A stretch of 63,914 nt of DNA, the filler included, from Octopus bimaculoides (Eukaryota), in NCBI RefSeq assembly GCF_001194135.2. It is 6 parts of 6 records of this genome, joined end to end, with 100 filler letters (N's around TTAATTAATTAA, not from the genome) between each part and the next. Parts side by side here need not be neighbours in the genome. Positions count along the whole stretch, not along the records: positions 49,855 to 62,646 come from NC_068984.1; positions 62,747 to 63,914 come from NC_068996.1; 4 more parts are not named here. The stretch is one strand, 5' to 3'. Position numbers and translations under genes: made by a program. The notes beneath the pieces are model-generated. The model did not search any database, was not told where the DNA came from, and saw only the letters and a list, made by a program, of their open reading frames with translations. Positions within the stretch are counted from its first letter, which is position 1. The number at the start of each line of letters is the position of its first letter. Shown one piece after another: positions 54,815 to 63,914 of this stretch.

Positions 54815-56504
54815 GAACTAATTATAAACATTGAATAAGGAATATTTGACATACAATTTACTTTGATTCGCCTACGTTAAAACGATTTGATTTGAATTAA
54901 AGGGTGAATAAAATTGTTCCAGCTATTGATATTCCTTGGATTTCCTAAATAACTATAATTATGTTTTTGTATAAAAGCAGCACAACTGAACATTTTTAGT
55001 TACTTTTTCAACATAAGCTTTTGTCGAGTAATTGATTCACAATACACTCAGGGCAATTTTGGTAGTGAGAAAGAGTAGGTAAGTGTATTCTTTAATATGA
55101 ACTAATTTCGAACGCTGTTTAAAATAATTGGCAGCATTTGAAATTAATTCACTTATAAGTATTAAAGTTTCTAATAAATGCAATTAAATAGCAGGGTATC
55201 TCGAGCGCTTTATTATGTTAGATAAACACCTGTTTATCTAACATAATCAAGATTCTGATTCCCGATCGAACCCGTTACTCTTTATGTCGTTAATGCCAGT
55301 TAAAACGTTGAAAATACCACATTTAATTTTGTTTCTCTGGTAAATAATATAAGACCTTTAGTTGTCTATCTTACCTGATTAGGCAAATAATTTTAATAAA
55401 TGCACTACTTCTAAAATATTTAATCTTCTATTTTACAACACGAACCGATGCGTTTATCTGAGATTAAATTTAAATTGTTTACAGCGAAATTGTCGTTAGC
55501 TCTTCTAAACTTTCAAAAAAATTACCCTAAGTTCATATCCCCATAACGACAGGTAAAATTTTCTTATAATTCCATTTTTTCCCCAAAATTCGACCCTAAT
55601 CAGCAGCTGGCCCTCTTCAAAGCTGAACTAATACTCACATTAGAGTACTGTTCACATCCATGAGGCAGGGCTGTTGCTAAACACATCGACATTCTAGACC
55701 AGTGTCTCTAATAGAGTGTATGTATGATGTGAGGCCAGGCAAATAGCAATATTCAAATAAATTTAGATAGTTTTTAAAACTTGTCCAAAGCCATGATAAA
55801 GAAAGATATGAAAGAACGCAGCTGTGATAACGGACTATTGAAAAGGTTGCAAGACGCAACGAGAATTTTAGAAAAAATAAATAAGTAAATGAGTGGAAAT
55901 CGAACCGGTGTGTGTGTTAAATGATAAGGCACTAAAAGAGAATGACTCTCCCTAGACACAATAATATATAAAATTATATGAAGAAGAAAATTGTTTTCGT
56001 TTCTTATTCATAAAGAAAGAGTGGGGTAAAATTTACCTTTTTTTTTTTTTTTTTTTGGTGGAGCCTGGAATTTGTCAGTTTGAAGACTTGTTCTGGACTA
56101 TATTCAAAAGATAGTCATTTGGTTGATAGGTAATTATTCCCTCACCAAAATGCTACATCAACGAAATTAGGATATGCTGTTTCAATTTTTTGTCTTCTAA
56201 ATTAGCTAGTAATACATTTTCCACCAGTGCATACTTGTCTTTTCTATTCTTGTTATATTGTGTCTCACCTCTGATACTCTATACATGACAGAATTCTCTT
56301 TGTCTCTATTACGGAAACAAGTGAAGAATAAAAGATGAAAAATACATTAACAGACAGGCTGAACATCAGCCACATATTTCCAAACTGGAATATCCTGCAA
56401 AAGTTATGTGCACAGTCTCTTCTCTGACAAACTTGTAAAATAATGTTTTGTAGCCATAATATTTTACTTCTTGCTTATAATGTTTTGTTTCTCATTTTAT
56501 TTCT

Positions 56505-57235
56505 AATATTGAAGCCAGTATGCTCCGCTGGATGTGTAATGTAAATGTGCATACCCGTCAGAGTGTAAGTATCTTGAGAGAAAAGCTGAACATAAGAAGC
56601 ATCAGTAGTGGTGTGCAAGAGAGACGATTGCGCTGGTTTGGACATGTAGTGAGAATGAATGAGGATAGCTGTATGAAAAGGTGCCACTCCCTGACAGTTG
56701 AGGGAACCCGTGGAAGAGGTAGGCCCAGGAAGACCTGGGCTGAGGTGGTGAGGCAAGACCTTCGAACATTGGGCCTCACCGAGGTGATGACTACTGACCG
56801 AGACCTTTGGAAATGTGCTGTGCGTGAGAAGACCCAGCAAGCCAAGTGAGATCGTGCCAGGGCCCCTGGACTGGCTCTTGTGCGGGTGGCACATAAGATG
56901 TACCATCCTGAGCGTGACCGTTGCCAGTACCGCCTGACTGGCCTTGTAGGGTTTTCGAGCGAGATCGTTGCCAGTGCCCCTGGACTGGCTCTTGTGCGGG
57001 TGGCACATAAAAGACACCATTTCGAGCGTGGCCATTTTCGTGCGGGTGACACGAAAAAGCACCCACTACACTCTCTGAGTGGTTGGCGTTAGGAAGGGCA
57101 TCCAGCTGTAGAAACTCTGCCAAATTAGATTGGAGCCTGGTGTTGCCATCCGGTTTCACCAGTCCTCAGTCAAATCGTCCAACCCATGCTAGCATGGAAA
57201 GCGGACGTTAAACGATGATGATGATGATGATGATT
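56505..57235 (+). mobile_element. RTE LINE 3' end with (GAT)n tail; older copy at 57460-57960
   Basis: SMLRWMC...RRLRWFGHVVRM...GRGRPRKTW..VVRQDL..DRDLWK*, then 3' UTR and gatgatgat. Confidence 0.92.
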
Positions 57236-58376
57236 GATAGGTTTCACTGTACAAATGTTTATGATAAAATAGAGAAATGACAAAAAATATTTTATATTGT
57301 TTATCTAGTAGAATTCAAATTAGATAACATAAATAAATAAATATATAAGTGAAAGAAAAAATTATCTAACTACTATGTTATCTTCACAAACTAATAAGTG
57401 AAAGAAGAAAAAATTACCCAACTACTATGTTATCTTCACAAACTTTTTTAATGCATGCCCCTTGAACGTTGGGCCTCACTGAGGCAATGACAGGTGACCA
57501 AGACCTTTGGAGATATGCTGTGCTTGAGAAGACCCGGCAAGCCAAGTGAGACTGTAACTGTGGCCTATGCCAGTGCAGCATAACCAGCCCATTTAAGAGT
57601 ATCCTTCAATCATTGGGCAATAAACAGCACTTGCAAAGACCTGTTGAGGCAAGTGAAGTTGTTGTTGTGGCTGATGACAGTACTGCCTGATTGTCACTCA
57701 TGCTGGTGGCACGTAAAAAGCACCATTCGAGCATGGTCAATGCCAGTACCGCCTGACTGGCCCTCATGCTGGTGGCATGTAAAAAGCACCCACTACACTC
57801 TCGGAGTGGTTGGCGTTAGGAAGAGCATCCAGCTGTAGAAGAATTGCCAGATTGGATTGGAGCCTGGTGCAGCCTTCTGGCTCACCGGCCCTCAGTCAAA
57901 CCGTCCAACCATGCCAGCATGGAAAGCAGACGTTAAACAATGATGACGATGATGATGATTCTAAATAGATATTTAAGATATAATGAAAGTTAAAAATCAT
58001 GGATTTATGGGGTCCCAATAATGCCACAGATGGTGAAAGTACATTATTCTATTTACATAATTAAAAAAAAAAGGTGGGTTAACTCAAAGCTGATTAGTTA
58101 GTTTTCAGGGGAGCATGCAGCTACAAACTATTTGCATTATCCAATGCCATATAACTTATCTAACAATTTTGATGAACAGATGTGACAGTATAAACAAGCA
58201 ATTAGAAAAGGAGTAATTTTCATAATTTGTAACAGTTAACTCAGTTTTTAACATAACAATCAAATATAACTTCTTGTACTCATTTATAGTTAGTTTGTTT
58301 CAGCAATTTATTATTATTGAAACTTTAATACTGGAAGAATTAGATTTCTTTTCATGGTTCAGATGTCACACACACA

Positions 58377-58451
58377 ATGGAACAGTATACCATTCTTGGA
58401 AACATCGGAGAAGGAGCACATGGCATTGTTTTCAAAGCTAAATATAAGCAG
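58377..58451 (+). CDS. CDK20: CDK20 (CCRK) first coding exon
   Basis: MEQYTILGNIGEGAHGIVFKAKYKQ|gtaaga; GEGAHGIVFKAK is characteristic of CDK20; acceptor ttcag at 58362. Confidence 0.92.
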
Positions 58452-58478
58452 GTAAGATTTATCAATATAGCTATTGAG

Positions 58479-58727
58479 CACTAGCATAGCTGGAGTGGAG
58501 CAGAGGGGGCAGTCCTTCCCAGGTGGCACTGCTTTTGGGTCTGCTGTAGGCTATAAGCCTTTATACGCTGTATTGAAATTAAGTAATACTGGTTTTAATA
58601 TCAGGACATGAATACTACCCACCATTAAATGCAATAATCAATATAGTCACTGTGCAATTTGTATCTTTTGTGGGGGAAGCAAACTGAAGGGCCACCCCTG
58701 GTGGCACACACTCTAGCTACACCACTG
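58479..58727. mobile_element. Old hAT-like MITE in a CDK20 intron
   Basis: Degenerate TIRs cactagcatagctggagtg / cactctagctacaccactg; flanks ctattgag/ttatttag (6/8). Confidence 0.55.
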
Positions 58728-59841
58728 TTATTTAGTACAAATGTCCATTTGCTGTTAGAGGAAGTAGGAACTAATGGGTGCTATTTCTTCTCATGTTTCA
58801 CCAGTGCACATTTGTTTAATTTCTGGTTCAATTGAACCTGTTATTTCACTTATTTACCATTGCTTGTAACTATTAGTTAGAATTTTAATCATAAATTTGT
58901 CAACTCCAACGCCCATATTTGTTATGTTTAATATGATAACTTCATTTTCTATCAACTAATGGAATTTGTTTTTGTTTTTTTTTAGTTATAAAATATTAAA
59001 GTAATGGAATTTAAGGCAGTGATTTGGCAATTGTTAAAGTGTTATATAGAATGCTTTACAGTATTTTTCTTTTAACTTTGCACTCTTAATTCAAATCCTG
59101 CGATAGTCATTTTTGCCTTTCATCTTTCAAAATATACTAATTGAGGACAGAGTATTGATCAAAATGTACTAATCAAGAGCAGGGCTTTGATAGAAGTGTT
59201 TGCGAATTAGAAAAGATGCTTTTCAGCATCTGGTCCAGCGCTTTGCAACAGCTCTAACAACAATGCCTCCAATGACACTGGTGTTAAGTTGTATCAGCCC
59301 AAGTCACCAACTTTTCTTGAGGAGATTTTACTGACCCAAGTCAGGAGCCTTTATCACACTATTGAGCCTTTATCACACTAGTGTGGAGAAGGGAGAGATT
59401 TGCATGCATGGGCAACAGCTAGTTTCCTTCGAAAGAAATCTTGTCCAGACTTGCACATACAGGTACAGATACCTGGTCAACATTGACTGACAGAAGCACT
59501 ACAGAATGGAAATTATGTATCCTCATCATTGTCATTTGTGCCTCACTTCTCCATTGCTCTCCTCTGCCTAATAATAATGTCTGTTTTGTTCAGTGATGTC
59601 CAAAAAGTTATTGGTTATAAGTAAGACAATCTCTATGTAGAAATAGTCATCTATTAGCATGAGTCGGTAAAAATTAGACTAGCAGCTTTTTGTGAACTGA
59701 AAAAATGTGCCATCATTGGTCACCTGTTTTATTTGTTTTAATGGCTTACATATGTTGGGTCTTCCTCTTTGTCAGAAGTTATAATATAGAAATGTTTGGA
59801 ACAGAACAAAATGAAACTGAAAATTTTTCTTTTTCTTTTAG

Positions 59842-59915
59842 AATGGTCAAACTGTTGCATTGAAGAAAGTCAGATTAAAAAAACTGGAAGATGGAATCCC
59901 AAGCACAGCCATCAG
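59842..59915 (+). CDS. CDK20: CDK20 second coding exon
   Basis: ttttag|NGQTVALKKVRLKKLEDGIPSTAI R|gtaagt; resembles human TGEIVALKKVALRRLEDGFPNQALR; phase fits exon 1. Confidence 0.92.
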
Positions 59916-60057
59916 GTAAGTTTCTTTAGAGTACATATTTTTATTATTCAATATAATTACCTGGGGCTAAACACCACCAACAAGAGCATGCACATTTTTT
60001 CACACATAAATCACAACACAAATACATGACAGTACATGTGTATAAATCCAACATTGC

Positions 60058-60155
<98 letters not shown>

Positions 60156-60534
60156 CACACACAGGAAGAGCCGTGTATGTGGCTACTCGACCTGCTAGAA
60201 ATAATAACCATGGAGAATACTGAAAATTATATACTTGCTCTATATTTCTGCACTCTCTAACATGTATATGCAATGTCAGAGGAACAAACCAGCCAAATAT
60301 GATTACATGGTTACTTAAGATGCTAGAAAATGCAGCCAAATCTCACAAAATCCCATGTCGGAACCTAGTCTTATTTTTCAAAGGAGTTAATTTTGTTTAC
60401 AATGCATTTTTCGAAAGTCATATTCATTCCTTTAAGTGAGATGCTATACATATGAGTCATTTGCTGAAAACAGCAACAAACCTACATTAATAGCAATTTC
60501 TTTTTCACTATAATTGCCTTAATTATATTTTTCC

Positions 60535-60860
60535 GTAGTTGTGTGGGAAGAAGCTTGCTTCCCAACCACATGGTTCTGGGTTCAGTCCCACTGTGTGGCA
60601 CCTTGGGCAAGTGTCTTCTACTATAGCCTCAGACTGACCAAAGCTTTGAGAGTGGATTTGGTAGACAGAAACTGAAAGAAGCCCATCATGTATCTGTGTG
60701 TGTGGGGGTCTTTGTATTTGTGCTTGTCCCTCACCACCGCTTGACAACCAGTGTTAGTTTGTTTACAACCAGTGTTAGTTTGTGGTTCAGCAGAAAGATT
60801 GATAGAATAAGTATCAGGCAGTGCCCCACCATGGCCTCAGTCTAATGATTGAAATAGATA
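60535..60860 (+). mobile_element. SINE family B, degenerate
   Basis: Head and partial tail. Confidence 0.8.
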
Positions 60861-60887
60861 AAAGAAAACATTTATATTTATGCACGC

Positions 60888-60962
<75 letters not shown>

Positions 60963-60965
<3 letters not shown>

Positions 60966-61222
60966 GGTGCAATGGGTAAATTGTCACAATTTTATATTTT
61001 TAATTTCATGCTTGCGCATTTCTTGTCTTTGATTTTGTCAACTACACAGTATAGTAGGGTCAGTTGGGCACCATCTGTGAGAAAAACAGCACCATGATGC
61101 AATTCACTCTGCTAGAAATTTGGAAATGGCATGCTGTACTACTTGGCATTCGCACTGGAAGTTCCAATAAAAATATTTCAGAGTGTTTGGATGTCAATTT
61201 GAGGACAGTACAGAGAATTCTT
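60963..61222 (+). mobile_element. mariner (maT-like) 5' end inserted in (TA)n
   Basis: TA|CAGGGTG terminus; ..AVLLGIRTGSSNKNISECLDVNLRTVQRI helix-turn-helix start. Confidence 0.6.
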
Positions 61223-62282
61223 GTAGTGATGATGGTGGAGGATATCAACTCCTTACTTGTTTTTCTAAAATGCACTATAAATCTTCAATAATATTAAAAT
61301 CTGGGGACTGTGATGGCCAGATAAGATGTTCAGCTTCCCTAGAATGTTTCTCATGCCATTCAGTAACAACTTTAACTGTGTGAATTGGTGCATTATCATC
61401 CTGAAAGATTGTTTCCCTCCGGAAACTGTTCTGCAACCATAGGTTGAATTTGATCAGATAAAATGCTTAAATAGCCTTGACTATTAATTCTGCCATGAAG
61501 GAAAACCATTGAGCCTACAGATTTCCAAGATATAGCCCCCTACCAGATCATCACAGATCCTCCTCCATGTTTAAGAGTTGGAAGAAGGCAGTCTGGGCCA
61601 AATGCTTCTTTTGGCTGGCTCCACACGTATGCTGAGCCGGTGGTCAGAAATTAGGTAAAGGATGACTCATCCGAGAATATAACATTCTTCCACTGCTCTA
61701 GGGACCAATTCTGTAGGTTTTTACTCCACTCTAAATGCTTTGCAACTTTTGTTTTTGAAAGTAGTGGCTTTCTAATTGCAGCCCTCCCATAAAATCTGTC
61801 TTTGTGCAGCTCTTGGCGAACAGTTTTTGTGGAAACTGGGTTCTCGAGGTGGTCATTAAGCTCTGCAGTAATTTTGGGAGCTGTCCTTTTGCGATCCTTT
61901 CTAACAATTGGCATAAAAGTCTGACTGTCCCTATCTGAATTTTTTGGTTTTCTTCCAGAGTTTTGTTTCGACGAGGAGGTTTTTCCCTCTGTCCCAAAAG
62001 CTGTCGTTACTTTTGAGAAAGTACTTCTTGATATACCAAGCATTTCAGCTGTTTTCGTTACGCTAGTGCCTGCCATACGAGCACCAACAATTTGACCTGT
62101 TTGAAAGTCCAATAGATCTGTCATTTTAATTACCTTTTCCTGATGATATCTAAAAAGAAACAGCAATAAATGTTCAATAATATTGAGATCTGGGGACTGT
62201 GGTGGCCAGATACGATGTTCAATGTCACTAAAATGTTCCTCCTGCCATTCAGTAACAACTTTAGCTGTGTGAATTGGTGCAA
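61222..62282 (-). mobile_element. Tc1 (DD34E) transposase pseudogene
   Basis: GQIVGARMAG..SGRKPK..AAIRKPLL..WKNVIFSDESSF, KHGGGSVMIW, FQDDNAPIHT, WPSQSPDFNIIE. Confidence 0.92.
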
Positions 62283-62457
62283 TTTTAGCAAAACATATTA
62301 AGCATCACTAATAATAAATAAAAAAAACAGAAAAATAAACAAGCTTTTGACAGTTTTATAGATATTTCAAAATTATGATGCTATGATGCTAGCATCATTA
62401 TTTTGTTCAGCTCCTGTATACACACACACACATATATATATTTACACACACACACAT

Positions 62458-62488
<31 letters not shown>

Positions 62489-62609
62489 CATACATACATA
62501 TATACATACATACATACATATATATATATGTAATATATCACCACTAATCAGTCAAATCGTCCAACCCATGCTAGCATGGAAAGCGGACGTTAAACGACGA
62601 TGATGATGA

Positions 62610-62646
<37 letters not shown>

Positions 62647-62794
62647 NNNNNNNNNNNNNNNNNNNNNNNNNNNNNNNNNNNNNNNNNNNNTTAATTAATT
62701 AANNNNNNNNNNNNNNNNNNNNNNNNNNNNNNNNNNNNNNNNNNNNGTAGTAGTAGTAGTAGTAGTAGTAGTAGTAATAGTAGTAGTAGTAGTA

Positions 62795-63005
62795 GTTTCA
62801 AATTTTAGCACAAGACTAGCAATTTCAGGCGAGGGAATTTGTCGATTACATCGACCACACTGTTCAACTGATACTCAATTTATCCACCTCGGAAGGATGA
62901 AAGGCAAAGTTGATCTTGGCAGTGATTGAACTCAGAACGTAAAGGCGGACGAAATGTCGCTAAGCATTTTATACGGCGTGCTAACGATCCTGCCAACTCG
63001 ACTCC

Positions 63006-63061
<56 letters not shown>

Positions 63062-63412
63062 CGTAATAATAATAATAATGGAAAAACGAGAGCATCATCA
63101 TAGATGTAGCTATATCTGCAGACATGAATGCAATGGTCAAACAACAAGAGAAAATAGGAAAATGCCAGGATTTGGCTAGGGAAATGCGAAGTTTGTGGTG
63201 GGTTTCAACAAATGTAGTCCTAATTGGTATAGGTACTCTAAGTACCATCATCAAAAGGCTTAGCAGTTTCCTTACTGAGATTGGTGTAACTACAAGAGTT
63301 GCTCTATTGAGAACAGCAAGAATTATAAGAAAGGTCCTCTAGAGAAACTGGTTGTGATCCGGTGTCAAGAACATTGGTTCCGACTGTAACACATTCGTGC
63401 ATACCATGAATA

Positions 63413-63480
<68 letters not shown>

Positions 63481-63640
63481 CTTTTCTGTTGAAGGCACAA
63501 GGCCTGAAATTTGGAGTGGATAGGACTAGTCGATTACATCGACTCCAGTGTCCCACTGGTCCTTAATTTATCGACCCCGAAAAGATGAAGGGCAAAGTCG
63601 AGCTCGGCGGAATTTGAACTCAGAACGAAGCGACGGGCGA

Positions 63641-63685
<45 letters not shown>

Positions 63686-63914
63686 GAAGAAGAAGAAGAA
63701 ATCAGAAACAGAGGGGTTTATCATAGCAGCCCAAGATCAATGCCTACCTACAAAGAACTACCAGGCCAACATATTAAAGAACGGCAGCTCCCCATTATGT
63801 CGTATATGCCAACAACAAAATGAGACCATCGATCATGTTGTCTCCATGTGCAGTCTGCTTGCGCCTACAGAGTATCTCAACAGGCATGATAGAGCTGCAC
63901 AATATATTCACTGG
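62795..63914. mobile_element. Alternating SINE-A (-) and R4/Dong-like LINE (+) fragments in (AAT)n arrays
   Basis: SINE 62795-63005; LINE 63080-63415 (KIGKCQDLAREM..LLRTARIIRKVL); SINE 63481-63640; LINE 63700-63914 (QDQCLPT..CRICQQQNETIDHVVSMC..RHDRAA, CCHC knuckle). Confidence 0.85.

Overview
AT-rich, microsatellite-dense eukaryotic DNA from a gapped draft assembly. The tRNA-derived SINE families look like those of Octopus (coleoid cephalopod); this is inferred from repeat recognition. Three genes are recognisable: (1) the first coding exon of an SLC7/LAT-type amino-acid transporter (+, 13717-13911); (2) four exons of ANKAR (ankyrin and armadillo repeat protein; -, 15534-21097), including one exon of at least 1.5 kb; (3) the first two coding exons of CDK20/CCRK (+, 58377-59915), with an RFX X-box-like site upstream. 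One unidentified minus-strand coding exon (42347-42565) and a candidate terminal exon (22966-23025) may belong to a fourth gene. The rest is mostly transposon debris: three SINE families, RTE and R4/Dong-like LINEs, Penelope-like pieces, Chapaev3-like, Tc1/mariner, hAT MITEs, a Helitron 3' end and two related LTRs. The most interesting signals are several minimal hammerhead-ribozyme motifs with a shared non-canonical core, two long hairpins, LINE/SINE stacks nucleated on (AAT)n arrays, and an apparently interleaved or nested SLC7/ANKAR antisense arrangement. Gene-exon coordinates were read base by base; repeat boundaries are approximate.
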